A stretch of DNA of 49,991 bases, taken from positions 1 through 49,991 of the forward strand of contig CAZLYF010000002.1 in the NCBI GenBank assembly GCA_964563725.1. The letters run 5' to 3'. The translations under genes were made by a program, and so were the position numbers. Below the pieces are notes generated by a model, which saw nothing but the letters and a program-made list of their open reading frames with translations, searched no databases and was not told the DNA's origin. Positions 1 through 9,329 of the stretch are shown here, piece by piece. The stretch is from an uncultured Oscillospiraceae bacterium (GTDB lineage: Bacteria; Bacillota; Clostridia; Christensenellales; Aristaeellaceae). The first letter of the stretch is position 1. Each line of letters opens with the position of its first letter.

Positions 1-2
1 TA

Positions 3-761
3 AATTTGGCGAACGACCCCGCAATCGAGCGTATCGCGACGCCGCGTATGGCGCTTACGGCGGCGGAATACCTCGCGTTCGACTTGGATATGCACGTCCT
101 TGTCATCATCACCGACATAACCAACTACGCCGAGGCGCTGCGCGAGGTGTCCGCCGCCCGCAAGGAAGTGCCGGGGCGCCGCGGCTACCCGGGCTACCTG
201 TACACGGACCTGGCCACCATGTACGAGCGCGCGGGGCGCGTCATCGGTCGCAAGGGCTCCATCACCATGATCCCCATCCTCTCCATGCCCGAGGACGATA
301 TCACGCACCCCATCCCCGACCTGACGGGCTACATCACCGAAGGGCAGATCCTCCTGAGCCGCGAGCTGCACCGCAAGGGCATCGAGCCGCCCATCGACGT
401 TATGCCCTCGCTGTCCAGGCTCAAGGACAAGGGCATCGGGGCGGGCAAGACGCGGGAAGACCACGCGCCGACCATGAACCAACTCTTCGCCGCCTATTCC
501 CGCGGCAAGGACGCCAAGGAGCTCGCCGTGATCCTCGGCGACGCGGCCCTGACGGACGCGGACAGGCAGTACGCCGCCTTTGCCGACGCCTTCGAGAGGG
601 ACTACGTCTCCCAGGGCTACGAAGCCAACCGGAGCGTGGAGGAGACGCTGGACCTGGGCTGGAAGCTTCTTGGGATGCTGCCGCGCAACGAGCTCAAGCG
701 CATCCGCGACAGCATGGTCGACAAGTACCTCCCCGCGGCGCAGGAGGGGAACGATGGCTGA
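3..761 (+). CDS. atpB: V-type ATP synthase subunit B, C-terminal ~252 aa (5' end lies outside the window)
   Basis: The frame is open from the window edge. Blocks [43 protein letters not shown] and [32 protein letters not shown] are conserved A/V-type ATPase B-subunit motifs. The stop overlaps the next start (ATGGCTGA). Confidence 0.9.
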   Translation, partial: NLANDPAIERIATPRMALTAAEYLAFDLDMHVLVIITDITNYAEALREVSAARKEVPGRRGYPGYLYTDLATMYERAGRVIGRKGSITMIPILSMPEDDITHPIPDLTGYITEGQILLSRELHRKGIEPPIDVMPSLSRLKDKGIGAGKTREDHAPTMNQLFAAYSRGKDAKELAVILGDAALTDADRQYAAFADAFERDYVSQGYEANRSVEETLDLGWKLLGMLPRNELKRIRDSMVDKYLPAAQEGNDG

Positions 762-1389
762 CCTGCGCGTCAAACCCACGCGCATGGAGCTGCAGCGCAT
801 GCGCCGCCGCCTGGTCACGGCCAGGCGCGGGCACAAGCTGCTCAAGGACAAGCGCGACGAGCTGGTGCGCCGCTTCGTCCTGCTGGTCAGGGAGAACGTG
901 AGGCTCCGGGAAGCGGCGGAAAAGGGGCTCGGGACGGCGTTCGGGGCCTTCGCCCTGGCGCGGGCCGTGATGGACGGCCAGGCGCTGGAGGAAGCGGTGA
1001 TGTATCCGGCGCGCAAGGCGGAAGTCCTGCTGTCGATGGACAACATCCTCTCCGTGCGCGTGCCCTCCCTGAAGGCCGGCGGCGAAGGGCTCAGGGAGGC
1101 CGTGCCCTCCTACGGGTACGCGGACACCTCGGCGGACCTGGACGGGGCGATCGGGATCCTGTCAGAGCTGCTGCCGGGGCTCCTGCGCCTGGCGGAGGTC
1201 GAAAAGGCCTGCGCCCTGCTGGCGGGCGAGATCGAAAAGACCCGCCGGCGCGTCAACGCGCTGGAGTACGTGATGATCCCGCGCTTTGAAGGGACCATCC
1301 GCCATATCACGATGAAACTCGACGAAAACGAGCGCGGCGCCCTGACCCGGCTGATGAAGGTCAAGGAGATGCTGGCCGCGCAGGCCTGA
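754..1389 (+). CDS. atpD: V-type ATP synthase subunit D
   Basis: ATG at 754 gives [41 protein letters not shown], the typical N-terminus of V/A-ATPase D subunits. 211 aa, and the start is coupled to the B-subunit stop. The 58-aa ORF-track N-terminal extension from 580 is an out-of-frame overlap with subunit B and was trimmed. Confidence 0.9.
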   Translation: MADLRVKPTRMELQRMRRRLVTARRGHKLLKDKRDELVRRFVLLVRENVRLREAAEKGLGTAFGAFALARAVMDGQALEEAVMYPARKAEVLLSMDNILSVRVPSLKAGGEGLREAVPSYGYADTSADLDGAIGILSELLPGLLRLAEVEKACALLAGEIEKTRRRVNALEYVMIPRFEGTIRHITMKLDENERGALTRLMKVKEMLAAQA

Positions 1390-1420
1390 GGCGCGCCCGC
1401 AGGGGATCCGCCGGCCTGCG

Positions 1421-2404
1421 TCAGCCGCCCTCCGGCGCTCCCCCCGCCCTGTCCCGGCAGAAGCGCTCCAGCAGGGCGGCTTCTTTGTTGAGCGCGGGAC
1501 CGGGATACCGGGCGCGCAGCCCCTTCAGGAGCCGCAGGTTCGCGTACAGGTCGCAGGCTCGCCCGAGCCGCTCCTGCAGCTCCTGCAGCTTCGGCTGGCC
1601 GCCCTCGCCGGCGCCGCAGGCCGCGGCCAGGCAGCTCTGGACATAGCGGATCTTCTTCAAGCGGATGCGCAGCGCGTGGACGGCCTCCGGGCGCCGCGCC
1701 TTCTTTTTTCCCGCCTGCCTGACGGCCTTCCGCTTCCAGCGGCGCAGCCTCTCCGCCGCGCGCCCGTCCGGCAGGGTCCCGTCCGCGCAGGGCAGGGCGC
1801 GCACTTGGCGGCAGGTTTTTTCGACCGCCCTTTCAAGCGCTCCGCTGCGCAGGTACCGGAGGGCATCCCGCGCCGCCCGTTCGCGCTCCGCCGCGATGAC
1901 GGCGCCCAGGACGCCCGGCGGGGAGGGCAGGCCCCCCGCCGCCGCGAAGGCGTCCCGCTCCGCTAACAGGACGTCCAGCTCGCGGACAGCGGAGAAACGC
2001 GCGAGGATCCCCCTGAGCCGGGCCTGGCAGCGGCGGTATCCGCTTCTGCCCAACAGGGGCCTGCCGAAGCTCAGCAGCGCCCTTGCCCGGCGCGCCCGCA
2101 CCCTGAGCGCGTGCACGCTTTCGGCGTCCGCCGCGGCGGCCAGACAGGCTCCCGCAGCCGGCGGGACCGCGTCGAGCTCCCTGAGCAGGGCGAGCCGGAC
2201 CTGCGCGGGCGTCAGGGAAACCCAGGGCTCCCCGTCCGCCCCGCCCGGCAGCAGCGCCTGACGGATCTCCCGCGCGCCGGGCGTTCCGGCCAAAGCCTCC
2301 CGTCCGCCGCCCTTCCCTGAAGGGCTGTCTTCCTTTCCGCTGGGGACCACCTGGGATTCCCGACCTCCCGCCGATCGATGATCGAAATCCCCATAAGCAT
2401 GCAT
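1421..2404 (-). CDS. CHAD domain-containing protein
   Basis: 327-aa helical, Arg/Ala-rich protein. It has two copies of the His-Ala-Leu-Arg-x-Arg motif characteristic of CHAD domains (VHALRVRARRARALLSF and VHALRIRLKKIRYVQ). Convergent with atpD. Confidence 0.6.
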   Translation of the reverse strand: MHAYGDFDHRSAGGRESQVVPSGKEDSPSGKGGGREALAGTPGAREIRQALLPGGADGEPWVSLTPAQVRLALLRELDAVPPAAGACLAAAADAESVHALRVRARRARALLSFGRPLLGRSGYRRCQARLRGILARFSAVRELDVLLAERDAFAAAGGLPSPPGVLGAVIAAERERAARDALRYLRSGALERAVEKTCRQVRALPCADGTLPDGRAAERLRRWKRKAVRQAGKKKARRPEAVHALRIRLKKIRYVQSCLAAACGAGEGGQPKLQELQERLGRACDLYANLRLLKGLRARYPGPALNKEAALLERFCRDRAGGAPEGG

Positions 2405-2471
2405 CCTGCGCGGGACCGCGTCAAGAAGGGACGGCCCGCGACGGGGGGAGCTTCAGCCCAACGCCCGTTTT

Positions 2472-2500
2472 TTGACAGGGGTCGCGCGCCATGCTATATT
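2472..2500 (+). promoter_or_regulatory. sigma-A-type promoter candidate for the two-component operon
   Basis: TTGACA (2472-2477), 17-nt spacer, TATATT (2495-2500), about 75 nt upstream of the ATG at 2577. It is an AT-rich island in GC-rich DNA. Confidence 0.55.
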
Positions 2501-2576
2501 CCGCCTCAAGCGGGCCGCCCCGCGGGGGCCGGGGAGAAAACGGGGAGCGGCCGGAGATGAAAGCGGGGTGCGGCCG

Positions 2577-3284
2577 ATGGGAAAGGTCCTGATCGCTGAC
2601 GACCACGCGCAGATCACCTCTGTGCTCAAGGCCTACGCCGAAAAGGAAGGGCACGCCGTCGCCGTCGCCAAAGACGGCGGCGAGGCGCTGAAGCTGTATC
2701 ATTCCTTTGAGCCGGACCTGGTGCTCCTGGACGTGATGATGCCCGTCATCGATGGCTTCGAGGTCTGCCGGAGGATCCGGGAGCGCTCCGGGACGCCGGT
2801 CATCATGATCACCGCCAGGGGCGAGGACTTCGAGCGGATCATGGGGCTGGACATCGGAGCCGACGACTACATCGTCAAGCCCTTCTCCCCCGGGGAGGTC
2901 ATGGCCAGGGTCCGCGCCGTGCTGCGGAGGCTGGAAAAAAAGGAAGGCCGCGAAAGGCAGCTGCTTTCGCTGGGCAGCCTGACGGTCGACCTGGACGATT
3001 ACCGCGCTTCCGTCGGCGGGACGGACGTGCCGCTGACCAAAAAAGAACTCGATCTGCTCTGGACGCTGGCCGCAGGCAGGGGCAAGGTGTTTTCCAGGGA
3101 AAACCTCCTCAACGCCCTGTGGGGCTACGACTATTTCGGGGACACGCGCACGGTCGACTCCCACATCAAGCGCCTGCGCGCCAAGCTGGATACGCTGCCG
3201 CACCCCGACTGGGAGATCAGGACCGTCTGGGGCGTCGGGTACAAACTGGAAGCGACGCCGTCCGATGAAAACGATCGCGGGTAA
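2577..3284 (+). CDS. OmpR/PhoB-family response regulator (receiver + winged-helix)
   Basis: MGKVLIADDHAQI...LVLLDVMMPVIDGFEVCRRIR...ITARGEDFERIMGLDIGADDYIVKPFSPGEVMARV is a receiver domain. C-terminal LTKKELDLLWTLA...TRTVDSHIKRLRAKL...IRTVWGVGYKL is the OmpR-type DNA-binding domain. Confidence 0.9.
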   Translation: MGKVLIADDHAQITSVLKAYAEKEGHAVAVAKDGGEALKLYHSFEPDLVLLDVMMPVIDGFEVCRRIRERSGTPVIMITARGEDFERIMGLDIGADDYIVKPFSPGEVMARVRAVLRRLEKKEGRERQLLSLGSLTVDLDDYRASVGGTDVPLTKKELDLLWTLAAGRGKVFSRENLLNALWGYDYFGDTRTVDSHIKRLRAKLDTLPHPDWEIRTVWGVGYKLEATPSDENDRG

Positions 3285-4740
3285 GCTGGCGCTGTCCCTC
3301 TCCCTCGCGCTGCTGGCGCTGTCGGTGGCGGTCGGCCTGACGTTCTCGGCGCTGTTTCGCCAGTACACCGTGAAAAAGGCCAGGGAAGACCTGTCGCAGA
3401 AGGCGGACCTGATCCTTTCGGCCCTTTCGGCGGACGCGTCCGGCGGCCCTCCCATGGGTCCCGGGGCGCGGGGCCGCGCGGGGGACGCGGCGGGCAGCGC
3501 CGGGCGGATGGCCTGGTACAGCCGTTACCTGGATGCCCTGAGCGAGCAGGCGGACACGGACGCCTGGCTGGTAGACGAGGAACTGCAGCTCATCACCGGG
3601 AACATGCGGAGCCTCACCTACGGCGACCTCCCGCCGGGGGCAGAGGAGGTCGTGCGGGAGGTGTTCCGGGGCGAAACCGTGTTCAGCAGCGGCTTTGGCG
3701 CCTTGACCGGCGAGCCTTCCCTGACGGCTGGCGTCCCTGTCTACACGGCCGGCCAGGTCACGGGCGCGCTGCTGCTGCACGCCCCCCTCGAGGGCCTCAA
3801 CGAGGCGCAGCGGGAGGGCGTGCGTATCCTCCTCATCAGCATCGGGGCGGGGCTGGCCCTGTCGATCCTCCTGTCGCTGCTGACGGGGCGGATGACCACC
3901 GGGCCGCTCAAGAGGATTCGCCGGGCGTCGCTCCTGATCGCCGGGGGCGACTACGCGGCCAGGAGCGGGGTGCGCAGGGGGGACGAGATCGGGGAGCTGG
4001 CCGAGGCGATCGACACGCTCGGGGAAAGGCTGGACGAGGCGCAGCGCGAGCACGAGACGACCGAAAAGCTGCGGCGCGAGTTCATGGCCAACGTCAGCCA
4101 CGAGCTCAAGACGCCCGTCACGGTGATCCGCGGCTCCCTCGAAGCGCTCAGCGACGAGGTGGTCACCTCCCCGCAGGAGGTGAAGGAGTACTACCGGCAG
4201 ATGCTCAGCGAGACCAGCGTCCTTGAGCGGCTCATCAGCGACCAGCTGGACCTGAGCAAGCTGCAGAACCCGGACTTCCAGATGGAGATGCAGGACAACA
4301 ACCTCTGCGACGTCCTGAGCGACGCGGTGCGCAGCGCGCGCCAACTGGCGCAGGCAAAGGAGATCGCCCTCTTCCTGCGGCTCGACCGGGAACATTTCCC
4401 GTTCCGAGGCGATTACAGCCGCCTGAGGCAGATGTTCATGATCGTACTCAACAACGCCGTGAAATACTCCTTCCGCGGCGGGGAGATCGACGTGACGCTT
4501 CAGGGGAGCGCGGTGACCGTCAGGGACCGGGGGATCGGCATCTCTCCCGAGGACCAGGCCCACCTGTTCGAGCGCTTTTTCCGCGTGAGCGCCCACGGGA
4601 ACGCCGAAGGCTCCGGACTGGGCCTCGCCATCGCCAGGCAGATCGCCCGCAGACACCGGGTCGATATCAGCCTCAGCAGCGCGCCCGGCGAGGGGACGGA
4701 GGTGCGCTTCGTTTTTCCGCAGGGGAGCGCCCCATCCTGA
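3265..4740 (+). CDS. Sensor histidine kinase (TM-sensor-TM-HAMP-HisKA-HATPase)
   Basis: N-terminal TM helix (LALSLSLALLALSVAVGLTF) and a second TM (ILLISIGAGLALSILLSLL). H-box FMANVSHELKTPVTVIRGSLEAL, N-box VLNNAVKYS, G-boxes DRGIGI and GSGLGLAIARQIARRH. Overlaps the regulator gene by 20 nt. Confidence 0.9.
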   Translation: MKTIAGKLALSLSLALLALSVAVGLTFSALFRQYTVKKAREDLSQKADLILSALSADASGGPPMGPGARGRAGDAAGSAGRMAWYSRYLDALSEQADTDAWLVDEELQLITGNMRSLTYGDLPPGAEEVVREVFRGETVFSSGFGALTGEPSLTAGVPVYTAGQVTGALLLHAPLEGLNEAQREGVRILLISIGAGLALSILLSLLTGRMTTGPLKRIRRASLLIAGGDYAARSGVRRGDEIGELAEAIDTLGERLDEAQREHETTEKLRREFMANVSHELKTPVTVIRGSLEALSDEVVTSPQEVKEYYRQMLSETSVLERLISDQLDLSKLQNPDFQMEMQDNNLCDVLSDAVRSARQLAQAKEIALFLRLDREHFPFRGDYSRLRQMFMIVLNNAVKYSFRGGEIDVTLQGSAVTVRDRGIGISPEDQAHLFERFFRVSAHGNAEGSGLGLAIARQIARRHRVDISLSSAPGEGTEVRFVFPQGSAPS

Positions 4741-4781
4741 AACAGGGCGGCGCCTGCCCGGGCGCGGACCGGAGGAGAGCG

Positions 4782-5402
4782 ATGGAGGGCGGAGCCCGCC
4801 GCGGCGGCCCGGGAGGGGCGCTGTCCTTGCAGGAGGAAAAGCTCAGGGCCTTCAGCGAAGCGGCCCGAAGGATGAACGGCGAAGGCCTCAGGTGGTGCGC
4901 CGGGGCGTCCTTCATGCTGGACCGCCTGGGCATCCTCCCCGGCTTCAACGACGTCGACCTGGTCGTCGCGCGGGAGGATTTCGGCCGCGCGGACGCGATC
5001 CTCGCCTCGCTGGGGGAGCGGCAGCCGCCCAAGCCCCCGGACAGCCGGGTGGCGTCGGAACGCTTTTCCGAGTTCTCCCTCGGAGGGATCGAGGCGGACC
5101 TTTTCTGCGGCTTCACCGTCCGCTGCGGCGGCTTCGCGTACCGCTACGTTTTCGACGAGGCATCCCTGGCGGGCGGGACCTTCCTGCACGGCGCGCGGAT
5201 CCCGCTCGCCGCGCCGGAGGACTGGCTCGTCCTGTATCTGCTGATGCCCGGCAGAAGAGAGAAGGCGCGCGCCGTCTCAAGGTGGCTCCGGGCGGAGGGG
5301 ATCGGGCGGCCGGAGCTCCTTGAGCGCGCGAAGGGACAGCCGCTCCCGGACGCGGTGGCCAGGCGGATCGACAGCCTGCTCGCGCGGGCGCGGCGCCCGT
5401 GA
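4782..5402 (+). CDS. Putative nucleotidyltransferase-fold protein
   Basis: GGAGGAG RBS about 5 nt upstream of the ATG. The motif WCAGASFMLDRLGILPGFNDVDLVVAREDF resembles the G-S...D-x-D core of minimal nucleotidyltransferases. Function not resolved. Confidence 0.45.
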   Translation: MEGGARRGGPGGALSLQEEKLRAFSEAARRMNGEGLRWCAGASFMLDRLGILPGFNDVDLVVAREDFGRADAILASLGERQPPKPPDSRVASERFSEFSLGGIEADLFCGFTVRCGGFAYRYVFDEASLAGGTFLHGARIPLAAPEDWLVLYLLMPGRREKARAVSRWLRAEGIGRPELLERAKGQPLPDAVARRIDSLLARARRP

Positions 5403-5498
5403 GGGGCCGCGCCGGGCACCGGCGGCTTGCCCGCGGGCGAGGGTTCTGGTAGGATGGGCGCAAAGGGAACAGGGGCGCCTCAGAGGAGGGAAAGCAGC

Positions 5499-6608
5499 AT
5501 GGACAAGGTCCGCGTCGCGGTCGTAGGCCTCGGGTTCGGGGGGGAATTCGTGCCGATTTACCAGCAGTACGGCAAAACGGAATGCGTGGCGGTCTGCCGC
5601 CGGGACAGGAAGAAGCTCGACGAATTCGCCGACAGGTTCGGCATCGGGAAGCGCTATACCGACTACGGGGCCCTGCTCAGGGACGAAAGCGTCGACGCCG
5701 TCCACATCAACAGCGACCTCGCCTCCCACGGCTGGATGGCCGTCGAGGCCCTGAAGGCGGGCAAGCACGTCGCCTCGACGGTCACGATGTCCGTGGACCC
5801 GCAGGAGTGCGAGCAGATCGTGCGCCTGGAGGAGGCTTCCGGCAAGGTCTACATGATGATGGAAACGGCGGTCTATACCAGGGAATACCTCTGTGTCAGG
5901 GGGATGCACGGGAGGGGCGAGTTCGGCCGCATCCAGTTTCTGAGGGGCTCCCACCAGCAGAACATGTCGCTGCCTGGCTGGCCGGACTACTGGTACGGGC
6001 TCCCGCCGATGCATTACCCGACCCACGCGATCGCCCCCCTGTCGGACCTGCTGGGGAAGCCCGTGTCCAGGGTGCGCTGCCTCGGGTCCGGGCGCATCCG
6101 GGCGGAATACGCCGCGAAATACGGCTCGCCTTTCGCCGCCGAGACGGCGCAGCTGTCCTTTAAGGACAGCGACGTGGCGGCCGAAGCGACGCGCACGCTG
6201 TTTGACACCGTCCGGCAGTACAGGGAGAGCTTTGACGTGTACGGGTCGGAAAAGTCCTTCGAATGGGAACAGTGCGCGGGCGAGCGCCCCGTGGTCTTCA
6301 CGGGCTTTGAGGACGCAGCGCGCGTACAGGTCCCGGATTCCGACCGGCTGCTCCCGGAGGACATCGCGCGCTTCGCCCTTGACAGGCAGGTCCTTGACGA
6401 CGGGCACGTCTCCTTCATCCAGGGCAGCGGTCACGGCGGCTCCCACCCGCACATGGTCCGCGAGTTTGTCGACGCGGTCCTCGAGGGACGCAAGGCCCAC
6501 GTCAGCGCGCGCGTCGCGGCCAACTGGACTGTCGCGGGCTTCCTTGCCCACGAGTCGGCGATGCGCGGGGGAGAGGTCCTGGACATGCCGGAATTCGCCA
6601 CGTTTTGA
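5499..6608 (+). CDS. Gfo/Idh/MocA-family NAD(P)-dependent oxidoreductase
   Basis: ATG at 5499 preceded by GAGGAGGG. N-terminal Rossmann motif MDKVRVAVVGLGFGGEFVPIY, followed by AVHINSDLASHGWMAVEALKAGKHV, typical of the family. Confidence 0.8.
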   Translation: MDKVRVAVVGLGFGGEFVPIYQQYGKTECVAVCRRDRKKLDEFADRFGIGKRYTDYGALLRDESVDAVHINSDLASHGWMAVEALKAGKHVASTVTMSVDPQECEQIVRLEEASGKVYMMMETAVYTREYLCVRGMHGRGEFGRIQFLRGSHQQNMSLPGWPDYWYGLPPMHYPTHAIAPLSDLLGKPVSRVRCLGSGRIRAEYAAKYGSPFAAETAQLSFKDSDVAAEATRTLFDTVRQYRESFDVYGSEKSFEWEQCAGERPVVFTGFEDAARVQVPDSDRLLPEDIARFALDRQVLDDGHVSFIQGSGHGGSHPHMVREFVDAVLEGRKAHVSARVAANWTVAGFLAHESAMRGGEVLDMPEFATF

Positions 6609-7636
6609 CCGGGAAGGGGCGCCGTCCCGCGGCTGAGGGAAACCACGGCGGGATCGAATACGAGCTGGTCAGCCATCCCGAAGGCACGGGCGTGCACCTG
6701 TTCGTGGTGACGATCCATCAGCGCCAGACGCACTACCACAGCGATTTCGAGCTGTTCATCCCCATCGACGGCTCCGTGTACATCGGCCTGGCCGACAAGC
6801 GGCACCGCGTCAGGCAGGGCGACTTCTTCTTCGTCAACGCCTATGAGGCGCACAGCCTGACGGGCACGGAGGAGCCCAACCTCCTCCTCGTGCTGCAGGC
6901 CAGCCCGAACTTCTGCAGGGCCTACTATCCCCAGTTCGCCGCCCTCCGACTCCTGCAGCGCCACATCACGGCCGAATGGGCGCCGAGGCTCTACGAAGGG
7001 CTGCGCTGCGGCCTGGCGGAGGCTCTGCACAGCGTCGCCGGCAGGGAGCCGGGCGCCCCGCTCGCCCTCTTCGCCGCCCTCAACCGGCTGGCCTGCTCCC
7101 TCGTGCGCCACGGCATCTACCAGGACCCCTCCGTATCGGCCCTTGGCCGCAAGGAACGCGGCAGGGCGCGCATGATGGACATCGCGGGGTATATCCAGGA
7201 CCGCTACGCGAACCGCCCGTCCCTGGAGGAGCTGGCAAAAAAGGAAGGCCTCGACGTCTCCTACCTCTCCCACTTCATCAGGCAGTCTTTCGGGATCTCC
7301 TTCAGGGAGTACGTCCACCGCCTGCGCCTGGAACGCGCGGCCGCGCTGATCTTCGGTACGGACAGGCCCCTCATCGACGTCTGCCTGGAGTCGGGCTTTT
7401 CCGACTGCCGCTATCTCAACCGCGCCATCCGGCAGGAGTACGGCGCAAGCCCCGCGCAGCTGCGCGCGGGCGAGGCCGGCCAAGCGGAGCGGACCCTCTT
7501 CTCCGGCGGCGCCGACGGCAGGGAGCACGAGATCACGCAGATCAGCCTGATCTACGGTCATCTGTGCGAGAGGCTTTCAGCCCTCGCGGCCGCCCCCGGC
7601 GGGCCTGATGCGGGCGAATCCAAAAATTGTCGTTGA
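6605..7636 (+). CDS. AraC-family transcriptional regulator (cupin sensor + HTH)
   Basis: N-terminal cupin-like block HYHSDFELFIPIDGSVYIGLADKRHRVRQGDFFFVNAYEAHS. C-terminal AraC HTH LEELAKKEGLDVSYLSHFIRQSFGISFREYVHRLRLERAAALI...ESGFSDCRYLNRAIRQEYGASP. The start is uncertain: TTG at 6605 overlaps the upstream stop and there is no nearby ATG. Confidence 0.8.
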   Translation: MTGKGRRPAAEGNHGGIEYELVSHPEGTGVHLFVVTIHQRQTHYHSDFELFIPIDGSVYIGLADKRHRVRQGDFFFVNAYEAHSLTGTEEPNLLLVLQASPNFCRAYYPQFAALRLLQRHITAEWAPRLYEGLRCGLAEALHSVAGREPGAPLALFAALNRLACSLVRHGIYQDPSVSALGRKERGRARMMDIAGYIQDRYANRPSLEELAKKEGLDVSYLSHFIRQSFGISFREYVHRLRLERAAALIFGTDRPLIDVCLESGFSDCRYLNRAIRQEYGASPAQLRAGEAGQAERTLFSGGADGREHEITQISLIYGHLCERLSALAAAPGGPDAGESKNCR

Positions 7637-7653
7637 AAAAACGCAAAAACATA

Positions 7654-7682
7654 CAGACAACCCAGGACAATTGTGATAAGAT
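7654..7682 (+). promoter_or_regulatory. Promoter candidate (extended -10) in the AT-rich gap before the ABC transporter
   Basis: TGaTAAGAT extended -10 (7674-7682) with a weak -35 CAGACA (7654-7659). It lies in the only AT-rich stretch (7620-7700) between araC and the transporter genes, so it is a likely AraC-controlled region. Confidence 0.35.
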
Positions 7683-7778
7683 ACAGGCATCAAAGGAATA
7701 TGCAGCCCGGCCGGCCGGCTTGGGACAGACTTTTCTCCCCGGGCAGCCGGGAGGCGGCGCGGGGGCCAGGGACCACAC

Positions 7779-9329
7779 ATGAAGGAAGAAACCGTGACAG
7801 GCGAACGCGGCACAGCGGGATCGGGAGCCGGTAAGGCCGCCCCGGCGGGGCCTGTGCTGCGGCTGCGCAACGTTTCGAAGACCTTCCCCGGCGTGAAGGC
7901 CCTCTCGCATATCGATTTCGACCTCTTTCCCGGGGAGATCCACTGCATCTGCGGCGAGAACGGGGCGGGAAAGTCGACCCTCATCAAGATCCTCTCCGGC
8001 GCGCACAGGCCCGACGCCGGGGGCGTCATCGAGTTTGAGGGCAGCCCGATGCCCCTGAGCCCCAGGCACGCGATCGAGCTGGGCATCCAGACGATCTACC
8101 AGGAACACAACACCTTCCCGCACCTGAGCGTCACGGAGAACATTTTCGCCGGCCTGGAGATCATGCGCGGCCTGAAGGTCGACCGCGGGGCCATGCGGGC
8201 CCGGGCGAAGGAGACCTTGGACCACCTGCGCTGCAATTTCAGCCCCGACGACCTGGCCGGGGACCTGTCAAGCGGGCAGAAAAAGCTCGTTGAGATCGCC
8301 AAGGCCCTGGTGTTCCAGCGGAAGGTGATCATCCTCGACGAACCCACCGCCTCCTTTTCCGTGTCCGAGATCGACCTGCTGCTGGACGTGGTGAAGAAGG
8401 TGGCCTCCGCGGGGATCGCGGTCGTCTACATCTCCCATCACCTCGACGAGGTGTTCCGCGTCGGGGACCGCATCACGGTGCTCCGGGACGGGCTGAAGGT
8501 CATGACGACCAGGGCGGACGGGATCGACGAGCCCGCGCTGGTCAACAGCATGATCGGCCGCGACGTCTCCGCGTTTTATCACCGCGACCATTTCGAGCGG
8601 GGCCCCGTGGCCGTCGAGGCCAGGGGCCTGACCGGAAACGGCGTCAGGGACATCTCCTTTCAGGCCTTCCGCGGACAGTGCCTCGGCTTCGCGGGGATGG
8701 TGGGGTCCGGCCGCTCCGAACTGATGACCCTGATCATGGGCGGCGCGAAGAAGACCGGCGGCTCCCTTGCGGTGGAGGGGAAAAGCGTGCTGTTCAGGCA
8801 GCCTTCCGACGCGATCCGCCACAGGCTGTGCTACATCACGGAGGACAGGCAGAAGGAAGGGCTGTTCCTGAAGCACTCCATCGCGCGCAACACGGTCGTG
8901 GCGAACCTGGTCAACCAGAAACGCCTGTTCCTGAGCCCCAGAAAGGACCTGGAGACCGGGAACCGCTACATCCGCCAGCTGAGGACCCGGGCGAAGGACG
9001 CGCAGACGCTGGTGTCCGAGCTTTCCGGCGGCAACCAGCAGAAGGTGGTGCTGGCCAAGTGGTTCAACACGGACGGGGAGATCTTTCTCTTTGACGAGCC
9101 GACGCGCGGGATCGACGTGGGCGCCAAGCAGGAGATCTACCAGATCATGATGGACCTCATGCGGCAGGGCAAATGCATCCTCATGGCCTCCTCCGACATG
9201 CCGGAGATCATCTCCATGTCGGACCACGTCATCGTCATGAAGGACGGCCGCGTCGCGGCGGAGCTTTCCCGCGCGGACATCTCGGAGGAAAACATCCTGC
9301 GCCATTCGATAGGAGGCTCGCAGATATGA
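7779..9329 (+). CDS. Sugar ABC transporter ATP-binding protein (two fused ABC domains, CUT2/RbsA-MglA type)
   Basis: Walker A GENGAGKST, signature LSSGQKKLVEIAKAL and Walker B VIILDEPT in the first half. LSGGNQQKVVLAKW and IFLFDEPTRGIDV in the second half. 516 aa is typical of the duplicated monosaccharide importer ATPase. Confidence 0.9.
   Translation: MKEETVTGERGTAGSGAGKAAPAGPVLRLRNVSKTFPGVKALSHIDFDLFPGEIHCICGENGAGKSTLIKILSGAHRPDAGGVIEFEGSPMPLSPRHAIELGIQTIYQEHNTFPHLSVTENIFAGLEIMRGLKVDRGAMRARAKETLDHLRCNFSPDDLAGDLSSGQKKLVEIAKALVFQRKVIILDEPTASFSVSEIDLLLDVVKKVASAGIAVVYISHHLDEVFRVGDRITVLRDGLKVMTTRADGIDEPALVNSMIGRDVSAFYHRDHFERGPVAVEARGLTGNGVRDISFQAFRGQCLGFAGMVGSGRSELMTLIMGGAKKTGGSLAVEGKSVLFRQPSDAIRHRLCYITEDRQKEGLFLKHSIARNTVVANLVNQKRLFLSPRKDLETGNRYIRQLRTRAKDAQTLVSELSGGNQQKVVLAKWFNTDGEIFLFDEPTRGIDVGAKQEIYQIMMDLMRQGKCILMASSDMPEIISMSDHVIVMKDGRVAAELSRADISEENILRHSIGGSQI

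Noticed and set aside
580-753. N-terminal extensions in the ORF track (starts at 580, 2472, 5427, 9173, 12467, 13719, 15617, 16959, 21549, 31415, 36904 and 41732; minus-strand start at 35439)
   Set aside because: Each extension overlaps the preceding gene or intergenic DNA and translates to Arg/Pro-rich junk. An internal ATG/GTG/TTG with a GGAGG-type RBS, or start-stop coupling, begins exactly where family-typical sequence starts. Trimmed starts were therefore used.
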